The notes under the pieces: generated by a model
Databases searched by the model: none
What the model was told of the DNA's origin: nothing
The model's input: only the letters and a program-made list of their open reading frames with translations
Part shown: in pieces, positions 1 to 8,226 of the stretch
How positions within the stretch are numbered: position 1 is the first letter of the stretch
How the letters are laid out: the number at the start of each line of letters is the position of its first letter
Translations under genes and position numbers: made by a program
Assembly (NCBI GenBank): GCA_031426555.1
Contig: JANPLN010000001.1
Span: 1 to 50,900, forward strand
DNA: 50,900 bases
Reading direction: 5' to 3'
From: Bdellovibrionales bacterium
GTDB lineage: Bacteria; Bdellovibrionota; Bdellovibrionia; Bdellovibrionales; JAGQZY01

Positions 1-660
1 TCGGGGCGCGAAACCCTCTCTCGGGTGATTGCCGGAGCCATTGCCAAGAAATTTCTTTTGCAACAGTATCCAGATTTAAAGGTTATGGGCTTTGTAAAAT
101 CCATTGGCGAAATGGAACTTAACGAGCACGAGCTGCAACAACTCCGCTCGGACTGGCTCACGCAAACTCAAGCGACAGATAATTATACCGCCCGATTTCC
201 AACAAAACGCTTCGCTATTGCTGATATTTTATTGGACGCAAAAAAAAATGGCGAAAGCTACGGCGGAGTGGTGGAATTGTGGGTCGAGGGAGTTCCAGCA
301 AGCTTGGGCGAACCGGTCTTTTATAAGCTCAAAAATGTCTTGGCCTCCGCCATGATGAGCATCGGTGCCACCTGCGGTTTTGAGTTTGGAGACGGCTTTG
401 CGATGAGTCGGCAAAAAGGTACAATCGTTCACGCTGCCGAGCGCACATCGCCTTATGGCGGCATTCGCGGTGGTATTTCCACCGGGGAATCCATCGTGTT
501 TCGCACGGCCTTTAAGCCGACATCAAGCATTCTAGATGTGGCCAAACGCGGCCGCCATGATCCCTGCATCGTACCGCGAGCCGTACCTGTGGTCGAAGCC
601 ATGACGTGGGCCGTGCTTGCGGATATGGTTCTACTTCAAGATGAATTTTTAGATCTTTAG
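1..660 (+). CDS. aroC: Chorismate synthase (5'-truncated by window edge)
   Basis: Frame is open from base 1 (SGRETLSRVIAGAIAK). Contains GGIRGGISTG, FKPTSSI and the GRHDPCIVPRAVPVVEAM signature. Confidence 0.97.
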   Translation, partial: SGRETLSRVIAGAIAKKFLLQQYPDLKVMGFVKSIGEMELNEHELQQLRSDWLTQTQATDNYTARFPTKRFAIADILLDAKKNGESYGGVVELWVEGVPASLGEPVFYKLKNVLASAMMSIGATCGFEFGDGFAMSRQKGTIVHAAERTSPYGGIRGGISTGESIVFRTAFKPTSSILDVAKRGRHDPCIVPRAVPVVEAMTWAVLADMVLLQDEFLDL

Positions 661-1013
661 ATCTCTTCCACTATGGAAGACAGTGTTTTGTGCTTACAAT
701 TCAATTTATCAGAGCTGTCAAACTGCAGAGTAACACTTGTTCCGGTAGCCCCATTAACAATTGCGACACCTACTGTTCCCTCATCGTCGGGATACATTGT
801 GCCTTGAGACGACGAACCTGCAAAATCAATTTTATCTAATACAGACGAATCGCCATTATCGTAATTAAGCGAAGCGTAGTAAACTCCATCCTCAATAAAC
901 TCAAGCTCCAAAGTCCCACCATCTTCACAACTGTATTGACCATTTAAAAGTGGAGCAGCTGCCATACTAGTTGATCCTGCGAAAATAATTCCAATCGCGA
1001 AAATAAATTTCAT
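657..1013 (-). CDS. Small secreted hypothetical protein (2 Cys, beta-rich)
   Basis: Signal peptide MKFIFAIGIIFAGSTSMA and AAGGAG RBS upstream. Confidence 0.8.
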   Translation of the reverse strand: MKFIFAIGIIFAGSTSMAAAPLLNGQYSCEDGGTLELEFIEDGVYYASLNYDNGDSSVLDKIDFAGSSSQGTMYPDDEGTVGVAIVNGATGTSVTLQFDSSDKLNCKHKTLSSIVEEI

Positions 1014-1153
1014 ATTAACTCCTTAGTTATATGTAATTTTGCTTACTTAGGGAGCTAAATATCCTAGAATTTAGCGCGAGAATAGCTCATTTGTAATTAA
1101 TACTTCCTCGTAACGGCTTCAAAACACGTGACCCGTGACAAATAGACAGAGGG

Positions 1154-1188
1154 CGTCGAGACCGTATCAGGCTGATAGGTTCTCGACG
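1154..1188. terminator. Imperfect palindrome, possible terminator or protein-binding site
   Basis: CGTCGAGACC-G-TATCAG-G-CTGATA-GGTTCTCGACG, 10 nt beyond the stop of 1199..1654 and next to a T-run on the + strand. Confidence 0.45.
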
Positions 1189-1198
1189 AGTCTTTTTT

Positions 1199-1654
1199 TT
1201 AATTCACAGCTCCGGATTCAAGGCCCATACCTTGATCGTCTACAGGTGTCGCTTGTTTTAAGCGTTTCTGCGTTTCACAAGACAAAACACCTTTCGTTTC
1301 ATGTAAGTAGGTAGCTCCCCCACATTGTACGGATATTCCAGGAGCTACTTCTTCGCAAGTAATGGTTTTTCGTGCCACTCCTCTTGAGGGCGCTGTGCTA
1401 AATATAGTTTTTGGAATCGCATACGCGTCGACGGATGATTGATTATAACATCCTGCTTTGCCTTTGCAGCATCTCTTATAATCAGACACAACGGCATTCA
1501 ACAGTTTAATTTCATCTGCGGTTACATCTTGCCTTACAGTGTCCCCTTCAACGTATTGTTTCATGCCTCTGCCAAATTGCTCTGTGCAGGCGAGCTCAGC
1601 TTGTGCAGACAAAGAAACCATCAATAAACACACTAAAAAAATTGTTTTAAACAT
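1199..1654 (-). CDS. Secreted Cys-rich hypothetical protein
   Basis: Signal peptide ending SAQA, 7 Cys in the mature part, GGAGG RBS. Confidence 0.8.
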   Translation of the reverse strand: MFKTIFLVCLLMVSLSAQAELACTEQFGRGMKQYVEGDTVRQDVTADEIKLLNAVVSDYKRCCKGKAGCYNQSSVDAYAIPKTIFSTAPSRGVARKTITCEEVAPGISVQCGGATYLHETKGVLSCETQKRLKQATPVDDQGMGLESGAVN

Positions 1655-1785
1655 AAAATTTCCTCCTAGGGCATAGTCTATCGTTGATTAAATGATTCAT
1701 GATTAAATAGTCATTAAATCTAAACTTTTGTCTGAAGCCCAAGGGGGTCTGTGAACTCGGCCTATGTCTCTGACGTCAAGAGTCT

Positions 1786-3027
1786 TTACTCTTGCATCAT
1801 CTTTGCGGCTTCAAATAACAGCCATTGCTTCCAGGATGTTTTGTCGGACTGATCCAGGTACGGAAAAACAGACTTTAAGCTTTTTGCTGAATCACCTTGA
1901 TAAGGGGAAGTAACACCTGTTTCAAAACTTAAAAGATCGGCCTGATAGCCGTCCATGTACAGGGCGTAAAGGGTCGCCATAATATCGTCGGTTAATTTTC
2001 GACCACCACAACTTTTAACTTCTAATCCCATTAGAAGTTCTTTTTCGATGTTGAGATATTGATTTCCAAAATCTAAACAGTTGGAGTCTAGGTTGATCAC
2101 TAAAAAATCATCTATTAAAACATCCGTCAAAACATCCAAACCTTCTGCGGTCCAAGACAGTGAGGCGTCAAGGGCGTCGTAAGCTGATATGTTCTCCACG
2201 AGTCTTTGTTTGAATTTTGGGTTCATAATGGACGGACTCTCAAAGGGAATTAGCTTATTGTAATCTCGTTTGAGGGGATTATCCCCGGAAAAGTCGTGCA
2301 AGCTGAGATTTGTAATCTCGGGGCGACCCACGCGATCCAAGGTTTCGTAAACTCCACCGCGCTCGGTGTAGCTCTGAGCTCCTAAGGCTAACAGTTCACT
2401 TTGCAAGCCGAGGCTTTTAAGATTGAGTTCTACTGCAATGCTCATCACATTGATTGTTTCCATGGCGTTACTGCCCGAGCCCGGAGATTGAGATTCAAAT
2501 TTTTTACGATTGGTTACACCCAAAAAAGTTTGCGCCGATATAAAAAATGAATCTGCTCTGGGGCCGGCAGATAGTTTCAGGGTTTCATTTTCTAAAATAT
2601 CTCCCACATGTCCAGTGACCGCGCTTATCTTTGCGCCGTCTTTGTTAAGGATACAGGTCACTCCTGCAGAATCCGAGTTCCCAACGCGGGTGTGGTGTCG
2701 AGGATCTTTAAATTTACAATTGAGATTCAATTCGCCCGCCACATAGGTTTTAAAACCTGGTTTCATAGGAGCTTTATTGATCTCGGCCAATCGGAGGAAA
2801 AGGTCGTAGCTCACTTTGCTTGAGTAATGGCCAGTAGGCGCGACGCCGGGATACATATTCAAAATCACCGTGAGGCTGTCCGCTTTATTTGGTGTTTTAA
2901 AAGCGTAGAGATCCGTCAAATCAGCTTGGCCGTCTTCGATGGTTGCTGCGCCATCAATATGGTCACTTGCCATACATACAGTGGCGAATAGCCAGGTGAT
3001 TGTGAGTGCTTTAAATACTTTGAACAT
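1786..3027 (-). CDS. DUF4331-family secreted protein
   Basis: Signal peptide followed by SDHIDG...ADLTDLYAF, GPRADSFF, DRVGRPEI, GGRKLTDD and FPYL, all characteristic of DUF4331. Confidence 0.85.
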   Translation of the reverse strand: MFKVFKALTITWLFATVCMASDHIDGAATIEDGQADLTDLYAFKTPNKADSLTVILNMYPGVAPTGHYSSKVSYDLFLRLAEINKAPMKPGFKTYVAGELNLNCKFKDPRHHTRVGNSDSAGVTCILNKDGAKISAVTGHVGDILENETLKLSAGPRADSFFISAQTFLGVTNRKKFESQSPGSGSNAMETINVMSIAVELNLKSLGLQSELLALGAQSYTERGGVYETLDRVGRPEITNLSLHDFSGDNPLKRDYNKLIPFESPSIMNPKFKQRLVENISAYDALDASLSWTAEGLDVLTDVLIDDFLVINLDSNCLDFGNQYLNIEKELLMGLEVKSCGGRKLTDDIMATLYALYMDGYQADLLSFETGVTSPYQGDSAKSLKSVFPYLDQSDKTSWKQWLLFEAAKMMQE

Positions 3028-3056
3028 GTGCTGACTCCTTGATTGCAGTTAGCATT

Positions 3057-3072
3057 TGCAAAGGAAAGGCCA
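3057..3072 (-). promoter_or_regulatory. sigma54 (-24/-12) promoter of the DUF4331 gene
   Basis: Minus strand TGGCCT-TTCCT-TTGCA with GG-N10-GC spacing, about 30 nt upstream of the ATG. Confidence 0.6.
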
Positions 3073-3184
3073 CGAGTCAATGTATCTGCAATGTACCGTT
3101 TGTATTTCGCAGCTCGGGCTCAGCCAAAAACGTCACTATTTAACTAGAAATGACCTCGCAAGGCGCCGATATTTAACGAGAAAA

Positions 3185-4507
3185 TCACCAAGCGCAGATT
3201 TGTGGCCCCTTTTTGAGGACCGCGCGGAATTTGAAAAGTTTTTTTTGCCAAGCAGACGCTGGTAGATAAAAATTAGGGTCACTGACTGCGTTTTGGGTGG
3301 TTCGCGTTTGACCCTTGTAAATGATTTCGAGGGCTGCGTTCTGGCGCCCCTCGTCCCGCACAATATCGAGCATTCGCGAAAACTCCACGCGCGGAATCAC
3401 CTGCCCGGGCTGGGGCATTTTTCGGTAAAAACCGCGAATGTTTTCGCTCACGCTGACAATTTCTACAAGGTCCTCTTGATAGGAAAAAATTTTAAACGGA
3501 TTCGAGTAAAGCAAAAGATGGTTGGAGGTGGGGCCTTCGGTTTGAATATTGCTAAACATCGAAAACGTGCCCGCTGTGCGCAAGCCAAGGTAGTTCGAAA
3601 ATCCATAGACAAACAATAGCAGAGTCGCCAATTTCAAAAGCAGAGGGCGTGGCAGAGAGATTTGTGCTAAATCCAGTTTTGGTAAAATTGTTTTCAAAAC
3701 AAAAGGGGCAAAAATAGCGGTAAAGGCGATACCTTCAAAAAAACTATACTCTTCGTTTTGTGGGTGCCAGCGAAACAAACCTAATCCCACGACGAGAGCC
3801 ACACAGCTCCAGCCAAGGGTTTGTAATTGTTTTTCCAACGAAACTTCGTGGGCCGAAGCTTGTGGGTTCACAAAACTCCAACTGAGCACCAAAGCCAAGC
3901 TTGAAAAATCAATAAAACCAAGCGGCGCCAGCAAAAAATGCAATCCGCACTGAAACAGCACGCCAAAATAACGTAAGCGCGGAACAAATAAAAAAAGCGG
4001 AATTATAGCTTCGGTAAAAAACCCAATAAGTGGTAGAAGTCGTCGGAGGTAAACCTTGGATGAGCTTAAAAAATTTGGCAAAAGATCTAAATATTCTCCC
4101 ATTTTGTCGTTGGCGCAGCTCACTTCGGGATTAAAAAAGTCCATATTTAATTTATGAAAAGCTGCGAAAAAATAAGTGATCAAGGCAAAAAGCCGCAAGG
4201 TTTTAATCAGCGGAGTGAGGGAATCGCTTTTTGTACTTTTAAGTTCATAAAAGCTACAGATAGTTAGCAGTAAAAAAAGAAAAAATGACAGATTCGAATG
4301 ATTGGCCAGGTTTGGAAACATCACGGTGTATTTGTATAAAATTGGCAGGGCAGCCAGGCCAAAAACAAGGTTGCGATGGCGTTTAAAAACTAAAAATGCG
4401 CCGACAACAAAAATGGAATAAAGCGCGAGGGCGCGATGATCCCACGACTCCGTTTGATGAAACATATAGGCAATAAGTAGAAAGCCTTGAAAAAATGCTA
4501 AGTGCAT
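3185..4507 (-). CDS. HTTM-domain (vitamin-K-dependent gamma-carboxylase-like) multi-pass membrane protein
   Basis: Multiple TM segments with ANH, YFFAAFHKLNMDFFNP.VSCA, E..IPLFL.P..R..G.....LH and GLRTAGTFSMFSN..TEG..SNHLL motifs. Confidence 0.75.
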   Translation of the reverse strand: MHLAFFQGFLLIAYMFHQTESWDHRALALYSIFVVGAFLVFKRHRNLVFGLAALPILYKYTVMFPNLANHSNLSFFLFLLLTICSFYELKSTKSDSLTPLIKTLRLFALITYFFAAFHKLNMDFFNPEVSCANDKMGEYLDLLPNFLSSSKVYLRRLLPLIGFFTEAIIPLFLFVPRLRYFGVLFQCGLHFLLAPLGFIDFSSLALVLSWSFVNPQASAHEVSLEKQLQTLGWSCVALVVGLGLFRWHPQNEEYSFFEGIAFTAIFAPFVLKTILPKLDLAQISLPRPLLLKLATLLLFVYGFSNYLGLRTAGTFSMFSNIQTEGPTSNHLLLYSNPFKIFSYQEDLVEIVSVSENIRGFYRKMPQPGQVIPRVEFSRMLDIVRDEGRQNAALEIIYKGQTRTTQNAVSDPNFYLPASAWQKKLFKFRAVLKKGPQICAW

Positions 4508-4516
4508 TCTTAAAGG

Positions 4517-5464
4517 CTATTTCAAAAGGCCTATCTCGCGCAAACGTTGTTTCAAAAAATCCTCGGCTAAAATATCTGGATACTTTGCACCACTTCCCAC
4601 ACACGCAGGAAGGCAAGACAGCATGGCCTCGGGATGTGGATGCATAAAAAATGGCATCGAGTACCGACTGCTCTTGGCGTCCGGGGGATTGACGACTCTG
4701 TGAGTGGTGGACGGAATCACGTTGTTGGTGATTCGCGCCAACATGTCTCCCGAATCGACGATGATCGCGTTGGGTTTGGATTCAATCGCTAGCCATGTTC
4801 CATCGCGATCCATAAGCTCTAGTCCAGAGGCCGAGGCGGAAACTAAAAGCGTAATCAGGTTGATGTCTTCGTGGGCCGCCGCGCGAATGGAGCGCGGGTC
4901 GCGATCTGGCGGAAGAGGCGGGTAATGCAATAAACGCAAAATCGAGTTTCCATCCACCGTCATTTTTTTAAAGAAAGCTTTTTCAAGTTCCAGCGGAAGC
5001 GTTAACGCCTCTAAAAGAGTATCTCCGCACATTTCAAGAGCTGTGTAGATTTCGGAAAACACAGCGCCAAATTGTGGGACTTCACTGGGCCAAATATTTT
5101 TTGGATACTGAGTATTGTAGCGGTGATTCTCTGCGAGGTTTCGCCCTACATGCCAAAACTCTTTCAGATCGGCGACCGGGCTGTCCTTGGCGTGCTCTTG
5201 CCCAAAGGGTGTGTAGCCGCGCTGAAAGCCGTTGTCGCGAAGGGCGTAGGCTTCCTTGGACGATCGCGGGAGAGCAAAAAATTCTTCGCTGAGGTTATAG
5301 GCTTTTTGTAAAAGCGAATCTGTTAACGGATGATCCACGAGAACAATAAAACCGTAATCCTTGAGCCCCCGGTAAAGTTGGTCGATGAAACGCGTTTTAT
5401 CGGTGTTTGATCCTTGCGTATAGGCTGCAAGACTGAGCTCTGGAACCTTAGAAAGTGCACTCAT
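4517..5464 (-). CDS. Isopenicillin-N-synthase-family 2OG/Fe(II) dioxygenase
   Basis: LRLLHYPP, HED...H(RVV) facial triad and the RYS 2OG-binding motif. Start moved to MSALSKVP (ATG 5464, after a G-rich RBS). Confidence 0.92.
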   Translation of the reverse strand: MSALSKVPELSLAAYTQGSNTDKTRFIDQLYRGLKDYGFIVLVDHPLTDSLLQKAYNLSEEFFALPRSSKEAYALRDNGFQRGYTPFGQEHAKDSPVADLKEFWHVGRNLAENHRYNTQYPKNIWPSEVPQFGAVFSEIYTALEMCGDTLLEALTLPLELEKAFFKKMTVDGNSILRLLHYPPLPPDRDPRSIRAAAHEDINLITLLVSASASGLELMDRDGTWLAIESKPNAIIVDSGDMLARITNNVIPSTTHRVVNPPDAKSSRYSMPFFMHPHPEAMLSCLPACVGSGAKYPDILAEDFLKQRLREIGLLK

Positions 5465-5580
5465 ATTTTCCCCCGTGGTGGAATCACCAGGCTGCTTATA
5501 CTTCGTGCAGAGCCACATTCCAAGATATGACTCCATGCATTTGGCTGACACCTTTACGCTGATTCCATTATTCTCGAGCT

Positions 5581-6597
5581 GTGAAATACAGTCTTTATCA
5601 ACTCGCACTGCCCACCGTCGCCGCCGACTTTGTCCTTTTCAACCTGCAGGTGGAAAGCCAGGTGCTGGCCACCAATCTTTTGCAGGAGTCGCCTCGCAAA
5701 CACCATTACGTGTTGCAGTCGCGCAAACAAAAGCCAACCATGGTGGTGTTTCATCTGTCTGGCTATTTTGGCAATGGCACACAGAGCTTTCATCAAAAGA
5801 CGCTGGAAGAAAATTTTCCGCAGCAACTGATGAATTTAACCCGCCGAGGAAAGGTTCCCAGCGCTTTGCACGTGTTTGTTGATGGGATGACGGCTTGGGG
5901 TGGCGGCCAGTTTATCAACAGTGATTTATTCGGTCGTCACAGTGATCATCTCCAACACGAGCTCGTTCCGCTGATAAAAACTGTGTTTCCCCAAGAGCGC
6001 AAAACTCCGTGGATTGTGATGGGCGCATCGAGCGGCGGGTACGGAGCCCTTCACCATGTGAGTTTGCCAAAAAGTTCCTTTCAAACCGCCATCGCCATTG
6101 CGCCTGATGCTGATTTTTCAACGTCCCTGCTGCCAGATTTTTATAAGTTAGCTCCGCATTTAAAATCTCTCTCGAATGTCTCTCAGGTGCAAAAAGCACT
6201 GCAGAGCGGAGAGCTGCAAAAAAAGAAAAACTTTTTTCAAATCATAAACGCTCTGGCTATGACGGGATGCTATTCCAAAATGGGGACGAACAAAAAACTT
6301 CAGTTCCCAATCGATTTCAGCAGCGGCGATGTGAACACCTCGATTTGGGCGCAATGGAAACAAAAAGATCCCATTTATTTTTTAAAACAAAGAGCTTCCC
6401 AGTTAAGCAAAAAAATAGTTTATCTTGAGGTGGGTGAGTACGATGACTTTTGTTTGTACTTTGGAGCGCGGAAGATCCGCGAAGTGCTGAAACAAAAAAA
6501 GGTTAAAACAATTTATACTGAATTTCCGGGAACTCATTTTGGCCTGAACGAACGCAAGCTCAAGGCCCTTCAATGGTTAAAAGGGAGACGCGTGTGA
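5581..6597 (+). CDS. Alpha/beta-hydrolase esterase (Fes/enterochelin-esterase-like)
   Basis: GASSGGYGA nucleophile elbow, WGGGQFINS, G.YDDF acid and EFPGTH catalytic His. Confidence 0.85.
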   Translation: MKYSLYQLALPTVAADFVLFNLQVESQVLATNLLQESPRKHHYVLQSRKQKPTMVVFHLSGYFGNGTQSFHQKTLEENFPQQLMNLTRRGKVPSALHVFVDGMTAWGGGQFINSDLFGRHSDHLQHELVPLIKTVFPQERKTPWIVMGASSGGYGALHHVSLPKSSFQTAIAIAPDADFSTSLLPDFYKLAPHLKSLSNVSQVQKALQSGELQKKKNFFQIINALAMTGCYSKMGTNKKLQFPIDFSSGDVNTSIWAQWKQKDPIYFLKQRASQLSKKIVYLEVGEYDDFCLYFGARKIREVLKQKKVKTIYTEFPGTHFGLNERKLKALQWLKGRRV

Positions 6598-7229
6598 GTA
6601 AAAAAGTTGTCACCACAGAAACGGTGGAAAAAGCCTATCGCAGCTACGCCAAGTACTATGATTTAATTTTCGGTAAGGTCTTTCATCCCGGCCGAAGCAC
6701 AGCCATCGAGCATTTACACTGTCGCCCGGGCGAAAGAATTCTCGAGGTTGGTGTGGGCACAGGGTTGTCCCTGCCGCTCTATCCCAATCATGTCAAAGTG
6801 GTTGGCATTGATCTGTCGGAACCGATGCTGGCGCAAGCGCGGGCCAAGGCAAAAGAAGAAAACGTCACGGCGGTGGAAGAGCTTTTGATTATGGACGCGC
6901 AGAACATGACGTTTCGAGACAACTCTTTTGATAAAGTGGTCGCCATGTACTTAGCATCGGTGGTGCCCGACGTGGCCAAACTGGTGGACGAAATCCGCAG
7001 GGTTTGCAAACCCGACGGAACCATCATTTTTATCAATCATTTTCAAAATAAAAATCCACTGATTCGTCGAGCTGAGGCGGCCATTCAACCCCTCGCAAAA
7101 CATTTAGGATTCCACCCCGACTTTCCCATGGAAGAGTTTTTGCAAAAAACCAACTTCAACGTTACAACCGCCATACCCGTGAATGCTCTGGATTACTGGA
7201 CTGTTTTGGTAGGCTTTAACGACAAATAG
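6594..7229 (+). CDS. pmtA: Class I SAM methyltransferase, phosphatidylethanolamine N-methyltransferase (PmtA)-like
   Basis: AY..YA..YD.IFG, ILEVGVGTGLSLP.YP, SVVPD and INHF motifs. GTGA overlap with the esterase stop. Confidence 0.75.
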   Translation: MSKKVVTTETVEKAYRSYAKYYDLIFGKVFHPGRSTAIEHLHCRPGERILEVGVGTGLSLPLYPNHVKVVGIDLSEPMLAQARAKAKEENVTAVEELLIMDAQNMTFRDNSFDKVVAMYLASVVPDVAKLVDEIRRVCKPDGTIIFINHFQNKNPLIRRAEAAIQPLAKHLGFHPDFPMEEFLQKTNFNVTTAIPVNALDYWTVLVGFNDK

Positions 7230-7311
7230 TTAAGTCGTCAGACTCGCACGTCAATTTTTGCGACCAAGCTGAATATATTTTTAAATACCAACAGTCACCA
7301 AACCCTTTCGC

Positions 7312-8226
7312 ATGGAGTGGCACGCCATAACCAGCCCTGCGAAAGCGCCCGCGGGAAGCTCCTCGAAAACGAAATATAAATCGTCGAAGAAAAATCAGTC
7401 GGTTAAAGATCAGTCAGTTAAAAATCAGTCGGTTAAAAATCAGCCGATGCAAAAACGGTCATCGAAATGGGCAAATAACCTTGAAGAGGCTTTTCGAACC
7501 GATTGGTCAAACCTGGCAAAACAACACACAGAGAATCAAGAGCTTGCGCACGAATTGGGCGATGTGGAGATCGCAGCTAATGGCGTGCAAGTGAATCTCG
7601 AAAAATCTCTGCGCGACGATCGCGAGTTACCAATTTTATGGAAACAGATCCGTTTGTTTTTAAGTTATAGACCAGAGCACTCCCTAGCACGAATTGCTGG
7701 CGACGTGCATCTGCGCATACGAGTGGACCGCTTCGGCAAACTTTTGCGCATCTTCGAAGAAAGCGCCACGGGCCGCGAGGAATTGCTGGGGTGGACAATC
7801 CTTTGTTTGCTAGAGGCCTTTCGCGAACCTTTCCTGCGATATCCGCTGGAGAGCCCAAGAACACTGGATCTGCGGGTGCAGTACACCATGGGGCGAAAAG
7901 TTTTGCCATCGCAAGTACGATCAGCTCGAATGCTATTTGTGGTGGAGGGGGATTTATATACGGGAAGTGATGAAGAAGAAGGAGGGCCAAATCCAAACTC
8001 GCGTTTGCAGCCTCTCGATAAACCGCTGTGGATTTCGCCCGAGATTAAATTACTTTCGTTCTCTACAAAACAAATCACCGATACGTTCCGCGATAAGACT
8101 CTCAAGAATCATAAGGAGTGGAGTTACTTTGCTCAACGCGATTACTACGCCGACCAATGCCACCGGCACCTCAATCAGCTGGCTTGCAAAAAATTACGGG
8201 AACTTACGAAGGTCGTAGACCCTTAA
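7312..8226 (+). CDS. Hypothetical protein with a possible TonB-C/TolA-like domain and low-complexity N-terminus
   Basis: 304-aa ORF. Y.PE..LARIAGDV.LRIRVDRFGKL...SATG...L resembles TonB C-terminal domains. Start codon uncertain. Confidence 0.55.
   Translation: MEWHAITSPAKAPAGSSSKTKYKSSKKNQSVKDQSVKNQSVKNQPMQKRSSKWANNLEEAFRTDWSNLAKQHTENQELAHELGDVEIAANGVQVNLEKSLRDDRELPILWKQIRLFLSYRPEHSLARIAGDVHLRIRVDRFGKLLRIFEESATGREELLGWTILCLLEAFREPFLRYPLESPRTLDLRVQYTMGRKVLPSQVRSARMLFVVEGDLYTGSDEEEGGPNPNSRLQPLDKPLWISPEIKLLSFSTKQITDTFRDKTLKNHKEWSYFAQRDYYADQCHRHLNQLACKKLRELTKVVDP
7390..7449 (+). repeat. In-frame 15-bp tandem repeat x4 (K[N/D]QSV)
   Basis: aaaaatcagtcggtt / aaagatcagtcagtt / aaaaatcagtcggtt / aaaaatcagccgatg. 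Confidence 0.9.

Noticed and set aside
640..665. TTAGATCT tandem duplication at the aroC 3' end as an integration scar
   Set aside because: Only 8 bp, with no matching copy at the other end of the accessory genes and no integrase.
1685..1720. Three ATTAAAT direct repeats upstream of 1199..1654
   Set aside because: Short, AT-rich and irregularly spaced. Cannot be distinguished from chance without comparative data.
4517..6597. IPNS-like oxygenase plus esterase as a beta-lactam or siderophore cluster
   Set aside because: Both are broad housekeeping-type families, and no NRPS, PKS or TonB-dependent receptor gene is nearby.
7390..7449. 15-bp repeats as CRISPR or iterons
   Set aside because: Contiguous, spacer-less and in frame within a CDS.
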